From assembly GCA_038087875.1 (NCBI GenBank), contig CM075988.1:19470001-19534000 (forward strand): 64,000 nucleotides of DNA. Reading direction: 5' to 3'. The position numbers and the translations under genes are program-made. The notes below the pieces were generated by a model. It did no database searches. It worked only from the letters and a program-made list of their open reading frames with translations, and was not told the DNA's origin. This DNA comes from Malacoraja senta. Taxonomy: Eukaryota. Shown in pieces: positions 27,272-40,005 of the stretch; position 1 is the stretch's first letter; every line of letters begins with the position of its first letter.

Positions 27272-27374
27272 CAATAATCTACCACACCTTGCTCACTTCA
27301 ACTGTGCTGAGAGTATATTGTTGCAATTTAAGAAAAACAAATATTTAATGATTGTCCAGATAAAAGGAATACAT

Positions 27375-27665
27375 GGAACATAGAACAGTATAGCACAGGA
27401 ACAGGCGCTTTGGCCCACAATGTTCGTACCAAACATGATGCCTATTTAAACTAATCTTTTCTACCTGCTCATGATCCCTCCATTCCCTGCATATCCATGT
27501 GCCGATCTAACAGACTCTTAATGCCATTATCATATCTGCCTCCACCACCATCCCTGGCAGCACGTTCTAGGCACTCACTACTCTCTGTGTAAAAACCTGC
27601 CCCACACATTTCCTTTAACATTCCCCCTCTCGCCTTCCGTCTTTGACATTTCCACCCCAGGGAAA
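27375..27665 (-). mobile_element. CR1 LINE 3' fragment
   Basis: Reverse complement of the CR1 3' end and tail. Confidence 0.8.
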
Positions 27666-27956
27666 ACAAAGCAGTGAATGTATTCAAGTTTGTCATCAGA
27701 AGGTATTTAAGAATATCCAGTATCTGATAGGATCCTTGAAAGGATCCTTAATAGGAAATGAAGAGTTATAATATGAAAGGGAATGGTCAGTTTGTGCAAA
27801 CAGTTGATTTACACAAAGATGAGACAAATGAGTGTTGCCATACTGGAGAAGGTTGAAGATGGTGTGGCCCAGTTTTGGTTCCATTGTGGTGCAGATACCT
27901 TTTGCTCACTATAGCCGAGCCAGCAAGAAAGAAAGCTCCCCACACTACTCAACGAG

Positions 27957-28218
27957 CGACACAGTGGCACAGCGCCAGAGACACAGGTCCATTCCTGACC
28001 ACGGGTGCTGTCTGTACAGAGTTTGTACATTCTCCCTGTGACCACGTGGGTTTTCTCCGGGTTCTCCAGTTTCCTCCCACACTCCAAAGATGTACAGGTT
28101 TGTAGGTTAATTGGCTTTGGTAAGTTGTAGAATGATGATAGTGCATGGGGTGATCGCTGGCCAGCACGGATTAGGTGGCCGAAGGGCCTGTTTCCATGCC
28201 ATATCTCTAAAGTCTAAG
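27957..28218 (+). mobile_element. HE1-like SINE
   Basis: V-domain and tail present; head degraded. Confidence 0.85.
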
Positions 28219-28859
28219 GTACTCCCACCTCCCACTCTGAGCTTGTAATTACAATTCTTCAGATGCTCATCCAGTTACGTTTTGATTGTATGGTTGCTTT
28301 CTACCTCCACCGATCTTCCAAAATTGTTCTAAATATCCCTACTTATTATTTTGGTTAAAGTAACGCTTCTTTAACTCCTCTCTGCACCTAGCAACGGTTG
28401 CTTTAAACCCGTTTCCCTCAGTAATTTTTCTATTCAATATGTAGAGATAATTTTGTGTTGTGCGTGAAGGATATTATTCCAACCCCTGCAGTCCACACAA
28501 TACTTAGGCAGAGCTAGAAAAGACAGAGGAGGTAATTGATGGAATGAACACACAGATGAAAGATCAGTTCAATACAGTAACGTTTGAGCTAACATGGTAT
28601 CATGGAGAGAGATGAATAACAACAGATGTATTGTCTTTCGGATGAAATATCATTTGATGAAGTACAATAACAACATTTACTCCTGTTATCACAGCAAATT
28701 CAAGGCCAAACATATTGCTTGCTGAGAGGGTGTAGGAGTGGGTATTCAAATCCTTTGTCCACATCAGCATGGGTGAGCTGGTGAACAAGTTGCTCATCTG
28801 TTGTGAGGCAGCAGGTCAGGAAACATTCTAAAGTGCATCTGCAGCAATTTGTTAGAGTA

Positions 28860-29410
28860 TGCAGAGACATGCCGAATCCTATCGGGAATGCACCACAGCA
28901 TGGTTTGGGAACAGCACCATCCACGACTGCAAGTATTTGCAGAGAATTGTGGACGCAGTCCAGGTCATCACGCAAACCGACCTCCCTTCCATGAACACCA
29001 TCTATACTTCATGCTGCCTCAGCAAAGCCGGCAGCATAATCAAGGACGAATGTCACCCTGGTCACTCCCTCTTCTCCCCTCCCCATCAGGCAAGAGGTAT
29101 TAAAACACACACCTCCAGATTCAGGGACAGCTTCATCCCAGCTGTTATTTGCAACTTGAATCACCCTCATCATCAACTAGAGAGTGGTCCTGACCTACCA
29201 TCTACCTCATTGGAGACTATCAGACAATCTTTCATTGGACTTTACTGAACTTAATCTTGCACTAAAGTTATTCCCTTTACCTGTATTCTTACACTGTGGA
29301 CGACTTGATTGTAATCATGTATAGGCTTAATGCTGACTGGATAGCATGCAACAAAAAGCTTTTCACTGTACACATAGATCGGTACATGTAACAATCTAAG
29401 CTAAAGCTAT
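28860..29410 (+). mobile_element. Rex1/Babar-like LINE 3' fragment
   Basis: Peptide TAWFGNSTIHDCKYLQRIVDAVQVITQTDLP..CLSKAGSIIKD..HPGHSLFS..TSRFRDSF followed by the shared 3' UTR. Confidence 0.8.
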
Positions 29411-30359
29411 TTAAACATCTAAGTAGAGGCACTGGGAGCCTTCTATGTTATTGCATCCTTGTGCTGGACCCAGGACAAGTCATCTGAGATGTTAACGGCC
29501 AGGAATTTGAAGCTTCTAATTCTTTCCACTACCGACCCACTGATGATAACTGGCTCATGGGCTCCCGACTTCCCTTTTCTGGTCATGGATCAGTTGCTGA
29601 ACGGTAATCCATGGTCGGCGTGGACTCTGTCATTGTTATTGTGGCACCACTCATCCAGGCGTTCTACCTCTCTCCTGCACACTGACCCATCGCTCATAGC
29701 AATCATACAGCTGCAATAACAGTCGCTGCAAATGCCCAGCAGAGCTATGGAGCTTACGTTGCACAATAACGAAGGAAGATGTTTTATTTGTGCTAGATTT
29801 TCCATCGTAAGGTCCATTTGTGAACAAAGTTACTAGCACCAAACTCCCATGTAACCTACAGCATCTGAAATCAGCAAACTTTCCTTCTTGGAGGTGCTCC
29901 ATTCTATTCTTAAAGACCACGTTGAATGAAATGGGGTGGTGAATTTGTGGATATATTGCCACAGAAGGCTATGGAGGCCAAATAAATGGATATTTTTAAG
30001 GCAGAGATAGATAGATTCTTGATTAGTACGGGAGTCAAGGGTTATGGGGAGAAGGCAGGAGAATGGAGGGGAAATAGATCAGTCGTGATTGAATGGCGGA
30101 GTAGTCTTGAAAGACCAAATGACATCATTCTGCTCCTATTACTTACGAACTTATGAACTGTTGATATCTTGCACGTATACAATATTAGTGTCCATAGAAA
30201 GTTTCCAACAGCTAATCCCAGACTGAAAACTTCCAATTTCTGTGCCTGAAAAGCCTAAGCTTGACTATTCAGACACAGAAAATTGCTGACAAGTTTAGTT
30301 TTAAAATGTGGACGAAAGGATCATCAATTCTGACTTAGATATCATTTTTCCATGGTGAG

Positions 30360-30520
30360 GGGTGGAGATAATGCATTGGGGTGAAGGATAACATGCTTCC
30401 ACTGCCCTTCTGTGGTGTTGTGGTGCCTGAAGAGGCCATTCTGGGACCTGCGGACTCTGCCACAGTTGCAACAGGAAGTACTTGATGAGGCATGGAGCTG
30501 AAAAGCCTTTGAGGTTGAAT
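30360..30520 (-). mobile_element. RTE-clade LINE 3' end relic
   Basis: Peptide CCNCGRVRRSQNGLFRH resembles the RTE C-terminal CGRxCxSRIGLxSH motif. Confidence 0.55.
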
Positions 30521-30909
30521 CAAAGACGTGTCCCACCCCAGTCATTCCATCTTCTCCCTGCTCCCGTCCAGCAGAAGATACATAAGCTTGAAAGCATGCA
30601 ACATAAGTTACAGATTCACTCTACTTAACCAATAATATCTTGATGTTTCAACCACAGTTTTAAATTCATCATCAATATTATGACTCGTTTAGCTTGGTCT
30701 GCATCCTGGACCATATAAAATATAAACAAACAAGATTTTTTATGTGGATTTTTGTTTCTATGTGGTAATAATTAGTTGATTTCAAGTGAATGGAAGAATA
30801 AAGACTGAGATTGGTCAACTAATTTTAGTAGATTTAATTAATACATATTTAATTTAACTTATTTCATTGTTCAAATGATGCCATTAATTGATTGATTGAC
30901 CAAATTGAA

Positions 30910-31820
30910 AGATACAGCATGGAAACAGGCCCTTCGGCCAACCCAGTCCTCGCCAACCCCATTTGATTACTCGTTTATATTAGTTTCTGTGTAATGCTGC
31001 TTTTGCATCCACTCCCTACACACTGGGGGCAATTTACAGAGCCCAATTAACCAACAAACCCGCACATCTTTGGGAAATACATGGAGGAAATCCACGCGGT
31101 CACAGGGAGGACGTGCAGGCTCCACACAGACAGCATCTGATGTCAGGATCGAACATAGAAACATAGAAAATAGGTGCAGGAGTAGGCCATTTGGCACTTC
31201 GAGCCTGCACCGCCATTCGATATGATCATGGCTGATCATCCAACTCAGTATCCTGTACCTGCTTTCTCTCCATACCCCCTGATCCCTTTAGCCACAAGGG
31301 CCACATCTAACTCCCTCTTAAATATAGCCAATGAACTGGCCTCAACTACATTCTGTGGCAGAGAATTCCAGAGATTCACCACTCTCTGTGTAAAAAATGT
31401 TTTTCTCATCTCAGTCCTAAAAGATTTCCCCTTTATCCTTAAACTGTGATCCCTTGTCTGGACTTCCCAACATCGGGAACAATCTTCCTGCATCTAGCCT
31501 GTCCAACCCCTTAAGAATTTTGTACGTTTCTATAAGATCCCCCTCAATCTTCTAAATTCTAGCGAGTACAAGCCGAGTCTATCCAGTCTTTCTTCATATG
31601 AAAGTCCTGACATCCCAGGAATCAGTCTGGTGAACCTTCTCTGTACTCCCTCTATGGCAAGAATGTCCTTCCTCAGATTAGGAGACCAAAACTGTACGCA
31701 ATACTCTAGGTTTGGTCTCACCAAGACCCTGTACAACTGCAGTAGAACCTCCCCGCCTCCTATACTCAGATCTCTGGCTCTGTGAGGCAGCAGCTCTACC
31801 AGCTGTTCCACTGTGCCGCC
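30910..31820 (-). mobile_element. HE1-like SINE split by a CR1 insertion
   Basis: SINE body at 30910-31153 and head at 31769-31820. Confidence 0.8.
31154..31768 (-). mobile_element. Young CR1 LINE 3' fragment
   Basis: Nearly identical to ~63320-63929 ([27 protein letters not shown]...). Confidence 0.92.
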
Positions 31821-33344
31821 TTTAATGCTATCAGTATAGTATGCTATCAATTGATTGGCAGGAATTTTCTTCCACATTTAAATTTTCCACATAAAAAAAT
31901 TATTTCAGCCATACATTTATAAAACTGATGCATGTTCTCTGCTCATTCACACATGCAATCAATCTGTCCCCAATAAACATTTAAAGATTTGATCATAAAG
32001 GAACTAATCATTTAGCATGAAAGGATTGAGGAATTTTAATATTTATTTTATTTAATAGGAGTGCTGAGGATTTTACAATTAAAAATGTCCCTGATTTCTT
32101 TATTGATCTGTTGTTGAGTAAACTGTCTGAATAGCAGATGGAACAAGGTCAGTGAATGTAAGATGAAATGGATGTAATGATATATGTCGTTTGGCAAGGG
32201 TTGGTTTGTTTTCTCAATTGGCAAAGTGGTTGCTGAATTATTGAAATACTGAACCAACAAGTATAGTGGGTTGGTTTTATTTCCCTGTTTGGAATAATTA
32301 AGAAAGTAGATTCAGTACATGGTTAGAAATGCAAGTGGATTATTGAACAGACGGACTAGGATTTACTCACACCCTCTCTGCCCAGCGCTCTCTCCTCTCA
32401 AACTATATAGAAACAAAGAACTGCAGATGCTGGTTGATAGAGAAAAGGACACAAAGTTCTGGAATAACTCAGCACGTCAGGAGAACAAGGATAGGTGACG
32501 TTTCAGGTCTCACCACAGTCACACCTTCTTTTCCCTACTCTTGCCTGGCAGAATGTACAGAAGCTTGAAAGAGTGTGCCACCAGACTCAGGAACAGCTTC
32601 TTTCCCTCTGTTATTAGGACATTGCACTTTGACTAAGGAACTAATGCGCTACAATGCCGCGAATGATATTCTGCACTCTGTATTGCTCTATCTATTATAC
32701 TTGAGTTTGACTTGATTGTACAAGTATGGTATAATCTGATCTTCTTGGATAGCATGCAAAACAAAGCTTTTCACTGTACCTCAGTGCACATAACCATTAA
32801 TAAACCTAAATTGTACCATATACAATACAATCACCAAACAAATTATTTGATGTTTTGTCACAGAATTAATCACCTCTATTAGTTTAATCGCCCTATTAAT
32901 ATTTGGCACCAGGATGCATCAGCAACAACACTGCACTTATAGGATAATATTTCAGAATTCCTCTTAATAACTAGAATTAATTTGTTTAAAGTTCACCTCA
33001 GCCAAAGTAGATACCAGTGAATAATTTAATTTACAATTATTTCCAACGTGCCTAAAATTAAATAAGAGGTTTTAAATCTAAGTAATGCGGTATTGTAAGG
33101 AGATTTGTATGTGTAACTGTAGCAGTAGCAATTGATCATGTGGTGTTAAAAGGAACATTAGGGTCAGATGTGCTATTTACATGAGTGATTCATTGATTGT
33201 GTGAAACTAGGTTTACAAAACAAACCCTTAAAGATGCAAGCATTGTCCCAGACATCTCACCTTTCAATCTCTCAAGATGGATGGTGTTCCATGACCCTGA
33301 GCCAACATGGCAGATTGAACTAATACTCATGGAGTTTCCTTTTT

Positions 33345-33640
33345 TTAGAGATCCATTGTCGAAACAGGCCCTTAGGCACAGTGAGTCCACGCTGACCTGT
33401 GATCGCCCAGTACGCTAACACTTTCCTACACACTAGGGACAATTTTTACCAAAGCCAAATAACTGCAAACTTGCACATCTTTGGAATGTGGGAGGAAACC
33501 GTAGTACCCGGAGAAAACCCATGCAGTCACAGGGAGAACGTATGAACTCCGTACAGACAGCACCCATTGTCAGGATCAAACCCGGGTCTCTGGCGCTGTA
33601 AGGTGACAACTTTAGCGTACCGCTGCACCACTGTGCTGCC
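33345..33640 (-). mobile_element. HE1-like SINE
   Basis: Reverse-complement head, V-domain and tail. Confidence 0.85.
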
Positions 33641-34502
33641 GAAAACAAAAAGATTTCGGACAATAGATTCATTCAGGACTGGGTATTTTAATGAAAGTGC
33701 ACGGTGGGGCAGGAATACATCCTTGGGTGCTTCTGCTAGGATCATCGTCCAAATCTATAGCTCCCTGCAATTAGTGACGTAAGTAGATAAAGTGGTAAGA
33801 AAGAGTATGGTGTACTTGGCCTCATTGGTAGGGGTATCAAGTGTAAAGGTCGGAAACTCATGTGTTGCAGCTTTATAAAACATTCATTAGGCTGCACTTG
33901 GAGTATTGCAAGTAGTTCTGTTTGCTCCATTACAGGGAGGATGTGGAGGCTTTGGAGAGGGTGCAGAAGAGACCACCTGGTTTGGTTGGTGTTAAACATA
34001 AGAAGAGGTCAGACAAACCTGGATTGTTTCTCTTGAGCATCAGAGGTTGAGGGGAGACCTCAGAGAAGTATATAAAATTATAAGAGGCACAGATAGGGTA
34101 GACAGTCAGAACCATTTTTCCAGGGTGGAAATGTCATTGACTATGGCATTGCATTGTGGTCTGAGAAGGAAAGGTTAAAGTAAATGTGCAGAGCGTAGTG
34201 GGTGCCTGGAATGTGCTGCCAGGAGTGGTGGAAGAGGTAGATCTGATAGTTAAATTGAAGCTTTTAGAAAGACACTAGACTAAGTGGGACCCATTGGGTC
34301 CCATGTTCACACGGGAAGGCTGGTCCCCCAACACAATATTCCACCTCTCCACCAATTCCAATATTGGTGGCCAGTGGGGGGGCTTTCTGGAGCGCTGGTA
34401 TGGGTTCTTGGGGTGGCAGCACAGTCCTCAAGCCTAATGTGCTGGCAGCTCACTCACGGCTGGAGGGCTGGCAGTTGACTCACGGCTATTCCTTGAAATT
34501 CC

Positions 34503-34895
34503 ATTTCAAGCAGAGTGCAAGGCCACCAAATTCAATCCATTTCCCTACCATTTCAAGCAGGGTGCAAGGCCACCAAATTCAAGTGCAGTTTCTTACCTCT
34601 TCAAGCAGGGTGCAAGGCCACAAAATTCAAGTGCAGTTTCATACCACTTCAAGCAGGGTGCAAGGCCACCAAATTCAGGTTCAGTTTCCTACCACTTCAA
34701 GCAGGGTGCAAGGCCACCGAATTCAATTGCAGTTTCCAACCACTTCAAGCAGGGTGCAAGACCACCAAATTCAAGTGCAGTTTCATACCATTCAAGGAGG
34801 GTGCAAGGCCACCAAATTCAAATGCAGTTTCATACCATTTCATACAGGGTGCAAGGCCACCACATTCAAATGCAGTTTCATACCATTTCAAGCAC
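34503..34895. repeat. 48-bp minisatellite, ~8 copies, inside the Helitron
   Basis: Unit TTCAAGCAGGGTGCAAGGCCACCAAATTCAAGTGCAGTTTCATACCAC. Confidence 0.92.
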
Positions 34896-35279
34896 GGTGA
34901 AACCACCATAAAACCACACAAAACACCACACTCACAGTCCAGTAGACATTCAGTGTGTTCAGTTGATTCACAGCTCAGACAGAGTTGTGACCTCTCCCTC
35001 CCCCATCATACAGAGACTGAGCCACACCCACACTTCCGGTTTTATAATACCTCCCCCTTCCACCGGAAAAGGTGTGGCCTTCATGGCGTGATTGACGGGA
35101 GAGAGATTCTCAACATTTTTTAACACTAATAACACATTTATTTTTCATTGATGGGAAGAATCCCCTGCACCTGATCAGCGGAGGGGGACTGAGTAAGATG
35201 GGCAAAAATCACAGCCTTAAGTGGTAGCGTTTTACCTAAAATCAATATAGTGCAAACAGAAAGTTGTCAAGTTTAGACG

Positions 35280-35825
35280 TTGCAGTGCCTTTTCACTTCA
35301 ACCCAAAACCCACCCAAACAACCATTTGCAGTGCATTTTCACTTCTACCCAAACAACCATTTGCAGTGCATTTTTATTTCAACCCAAACAACCATTTGCA
35401 GTGCATTTTTACTTCAACCCAAACAGCCATTTGCAGTGCATTTTACTTCAACCCAAACCCCTCCCCAAACAACCCTTTGCAGTGCCTTTTCACTTCAACC
35501 CCCCCCCCCAAAAAACTACCCTTTGCAGTGCATTTTTACTTCAACCCAAATGACCATTAGCAGTGCATTTTTACTCAACCCAAACGACCATTAGCAGTGC
35601 ATTTTTACTTCAACCCAAATGATGACCAGCAGTGCATTTTTACTTCAACCCAAATGACCATTAGCAGTGCATTTTTACTTCAACCCAAACGACCATCAGC
35701 AGTGCATTTTACTTCAACCCAAACGACCATCAGCAGTGCATTTTTACTTCAACCCAAACGACCATCAGCAGTGCATTTTTACTTCAACCCAAACGACCAT
35801 CAGCAGTGCATTTTTACTTCAAATC
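35280..35825. repeat. ~35-bp minisatellite, ~15 copies, inside the Helitron
   Basis: Unit AGTGCATTTTTACTTCAACCCAAACGACCATCAGC. Confidence 0.92.
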
Positions 35826-36974
35826 AACCATATTTTTCATTTTCAAACCACATTAAGGGCACTCACAGTTGAGTAGACATGTGTTCAGTGTTATTCAGAG
35901 CGACGTGAACCTCTCGCTTCCTCCATCTTGCAGAGACTGAGTGAGGCACACCACTTCCGGGTTTTATAGTCCCACCCCCCTCCCACCAGCAGGGGCAGGT
36001 GAGAGAATGGCAAAAAAATAAAAACATTAATATGTCTCTGATTTTTCATTGATGGGAAAAATCCTCCAGTCCCGAAAGGGGGAGGGGGGCTCTGAGCGAG
36101 GTGGCCAAAAATTACGGCCGTAGGTGGCGGCGTTCTCTCGGAAATCACGCCACAGCGAGCCAAAAGCGGTCAAGATCAGAGTTTTAGTAATATAGATAGA
36201 TAGATAGATAGATATGGATATGCAGGGAATGGAGGGATATGGATCACATGAAGGCAGAGGAGATTAGTTTAACTAGGCATCATGTTCAGCATAGGATGAA
36301 GGATTGCACCTCCATTTGATGTTTCCACTTGCAATGGCAGGCAATAGCAGCAACAGCAATTGTTTGTGTCCCCTACCTACTTGCGTTTGAAATATACCTG
36401 GAATTTAAGGACTGACTGACAGTAACATCCTCTTTCATTGCCAGAAAATGATGGCATCATTTATCTTGCAACACACCATCAGATATGTAATTCTTCATAG
36501 ACTGTGCAAAAAAACAAACAGGAGATGCTCCAAAAGTTTGCCTGACTAAATTATTGATTTTATGTAGAATAAATAGGCTGTACATAGATAACACCTATTA
36601 GCTGGAAGAAAGGAGAGGGGGGGGAATAAAAGAATTTGCTTCGAGCCAGGGGAAAAGAAAACCAATTGAGGAAGTAAAAAGAATGGTTTGCGTTAACCAA
36701 ACATTGTTTCAGCTTTGAGGAACCAGGAAGACGCCATTCAGCGCATCAAGCCTGTCCCCCATTCAGTGGGATAGTGGCTGATCATTCACCCAACACCATA
36801 TCTGTCTTTTCTCTTCAATAACACTTAAGTTATTTACACAGAGAGTGGTGGGTGCCTGGAACAAGCTGCCAGTGATTGTGGTGGAGGTAGATATGATAGT
36901 GTCATTAAAGTTTTTAGTTGGATGTGGATATGCAGGGAATGGAGGCAGCTAGAGCACATGCAGGCAGAAGACAG

Positions 36975-37252
36975 GTCAGCATGATGGCGTAGCGCTAGGG
37001 CTACTGCCTTACAGCGCCGGGTTCAATCCTGACTATGGGTGCTGTCTGTACAGAGTTTGTGCGTTCTCCCAGTGACCTGCTTTTCCTCCACACTCCAAAG
37101 ATGTACATGTTTGTAGGTTAATTAGCTTGGTATAAATACAAAATAAAATTGTCCCCAGTGTGTGTAGGGTAGTGTTAATATGCGGGGATCGATGGTCGGT
37201 GCGGACTTGGTGGGCCGAATGGCCTGTTTCCGTGCTGTATCTCTAAACTAAA
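36975..37252 (+). mobile_element. HE1-like SINE inserted in a CR1 fragment (36835-37345)
   Basis: SINE motifs present; CR1 sequence resumes on both sides. Confidence 0.8.
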
Positions 37253-39976
37253 AAAAAGAGAGATTAGTTTAACTTGGCATCATGTTCAGCACGGACATTG
37301 TGGGCCGAAGGGGCTTTACCTGTGCTGTGCTGTTCTATGTTCTGTGAATAACAAACATTTATTTTCTCGGATTTGAGGTGAACTTTTGATACAGCTTCAG
37401 AAGTTGTTTGCAATGGAGAATTCCAATTGCCTGCACAAGGAAAAAAAAATAGGTCAGACAGTTTTGGCAGTGATAATTGCAAATAGTCCAAAGGCCATGG
37501 ACATGATTAAGAATACTGTGTGGCAATTTATATTGTTAAACAGCACACACCATAGAGATGAACATTGATTAAGAAAACAAGCTTAAGAACTCATGTTTAA
37601 TGGAATGCCATTTCACCTGAATCTACTGAAGAAAGGTCACCGACCAGAAATGTTAATTGTTTCTTCCCCCTAATGCTTTTGCACCTGTTGAGTATTTCCA
37701 GAATTCGCTGGATTTATTCCAGATTTCTCGCATCCTCAGTGATACGCTCTTGCAAGTCCGGGTTGTTACTGCTTACACTGAATTGTCAGCTCCAAATGTG
37801 GAATAACCAAACTGCACCCAGATATGTCATCTTATTGATAGGTTCTTGATTAGGAAGCATGTCAAAGGTTACGGGAAGAAGGCAGGAGAATGGTGTTGAG
37901 AAGGAAAGATAGACTAGCCATGATCGAATGGTGGAGGAGAGAGTCGATGAGCCGAATGGTCTAATTTTGCCCCTATGTCTTCTGGTCTTATGGAACACAA
38001 TCCCGTGACTATTTAAATGAGGTCAGCTGTCTTCATAGAATATAGAACGTACAACATGAGAACAGACCTCTCGGCTCACATCATCTATGCCAAACATGAT
38101 GCCAAGTCTAACTCTTATCTTTCTGCACATGATCCATATCCCTCCATATCCATGTGGTGTATCCATGCGCCTCTCCAAAAGTCTCTTCAATGCCACTATC
38201 AATGACAACCCCCAGCCAGATATGAGAATGACAATGCCTTGTGAACTTTCACATCTATCTGCTCAATGTAGAACAATGTCATGTGCCGCAGGTCAGATGG
38301 CACCAGAATGAACCTTCTGCTCCACCCCTAACCTCACTGCTGAGTGCTCTCTAATGTTCCCAAGCTGAGAGTCCCAGAGTATCCCCTAACACACCAAAAA
38401 CTGAGGAGTGGGATGCACTTCTCATCTGGCCCCTCAGCCTTGTGCTAGCAACAAGTGGCACCTTGCAATTCAATTAAGTCATCAACCTTCACTAAAAAGA
38501 TGCCTTTTTAACTTAGTTTCAGTTAATATCACTGTTTCAATCTCCATCAGCTAATGTCAATTTATCCTTCTGTAACTTTAATCATTTTAATTTTAACTTT
38601 GCTGCCCAGGCAATGGAGTGGTGTATCACATGCAGGGAGAGAAGATTAGTTTATCTTGGCATCATGTTCGGTGCAGACATTGTGGGATGAAGGGCCTGTT
38701 CCCATACTGTACTGTTTCATGTTCTTTGTACCCCCATGTTATAAGAAAATATCTCATCAGCCAAACCATGATGACATCTAAGCAATCTTTGGATGCACCT
38801 TGGTTTTGCCATTGTTTGAAACTTTGCAAAAGGCACTGACATCCGGTGATTAAAATAAGGAAGAAGTTGACTGTCCATTTTATGTTTTAAAACAGATATT
38901 GCCTTTGCTAAGGAGATAAAAGTAAAAAAATGAAGAGAAAGCTCACTGAAGCCTTGAAAGAAACATTCAAGAATGAACATCAGAGAGGATTATAAGACAG
39001 TAAATAATATAAAATTCATGACTTCAGTACCATAAGCATAGACTGAAATGATTGAAAGACAAATTCAGAACCAGTTTCTTCATCAGGAGTGTGAAAACCA
39101 TTTGAAACAGACATCAAATAGAGACGCCAGTGGAACAATAATTAGAATCAAAACAAGCTGCCGGTTCGGGCAAAGGGGGAATGGAAATTGCGGATCTGTT
39201 GGCTCTGGGAACATGGTCAGAGATAAACAGACCAACTTTTCACGTCTGTTTACCTACAGTTTTATCTGATGACGTAACAAAGTGTTATCCAGAAGCAATT
39301 ATGCAGAACCATAATGAGGATTTTAAATAAAATGTGAGCCACTCATAACCAAAAGAGGTGAGCACTGGATGGTTAGTGCTTGTTTAAAAACTATTAAAAT
39401 ATAACACCTTTCCACGAGCGTCAAAAAATGTGTTAGGTAATTTAAAGGTGTCATATAATCAAAATAATTTAATATAATGATCTATTTATCACACAACAGG
39501 TTTGTGTGTGCCCAAAGCAATAAAAGGTTCAACAATAATTTGTTTGAAGAAAGTGTATGATTTTCTGAACGGCTAACTCACTGTAATGATAAAATGCAGC
39601 GACACGGTGATTAGCAGTGAGCATATAAGTGGTAATTTCCAAACACAATCCGTGAAGTGGGGAGATCAAACGTCAAATATGTCAAGGGCCTGAGGGAGTT
39701 ATCAAATACTCTTCAGCTATGCAGTAGTCTTGTGGCTCTTGGTTCTGGGAGCTCTTCCAAACAAACAGAAAATCAGCAGAGTTTTATGCTATCTCTTTCA
39801 CAGGAATACAGGGAGGTATTTCACACAACCAACCATGTCCCTCCGATGAGATGTGGCCCAGTGTGGAACCTGTGAACCAGGCACACAGAAGCCAATTGAA
39901 CTACAAACCTAAGGTACACAAAAATGCTGGAGAAACTCAGCGGGTGCAGCAGCATCTATGGAGCGAAGGAAATAGG

Positions 39977-40005
39977 TAACGTTTCGGGCCGAAACCCTTC
40001 TTCAG
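39977..40005 (-). ncRNA. Minimal hammerhead-ribozyme-like motif in the Penelope pLTR
   Basis: CUGAAGA-A-GGGU-UUCG-GCCC-GAAACGUU; stem I is weak. Confidence 0.6.

Larger units (their letters stand above)
34275..36212 (-). mobile_element. Non-autonomous Helitron (~1.94 kb)
   Basis: Minus strand has 5' TC start, 3' hairpin TGGGACCC-AAT-GGGTCCCA (34285-34303) then CTAG end. Inserted between A and T with no TSD. Confidence 0.88.
33760..36295 (+). mobile_element. CR1 LINE 3' fragment split by the Helitron (33760-34274 + 36213-36295)
   Basis: Removing the insert restores CTTTTAGAAAGACA|TATGGATATGCAGGGAATGG, matching other CR1 copies (e.g. ~19070). Confidence 0.8.

Noticed and set aside
34364..35876. 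Repetitive ORFs over the 48-bp and 35-bp arrays; CRISPR-like appearance
   Set aside because: Head-to-tail minisatellites with no unique spacers and no cas genes in a vertebrate context; the ORFs are by-products of stop-free units.
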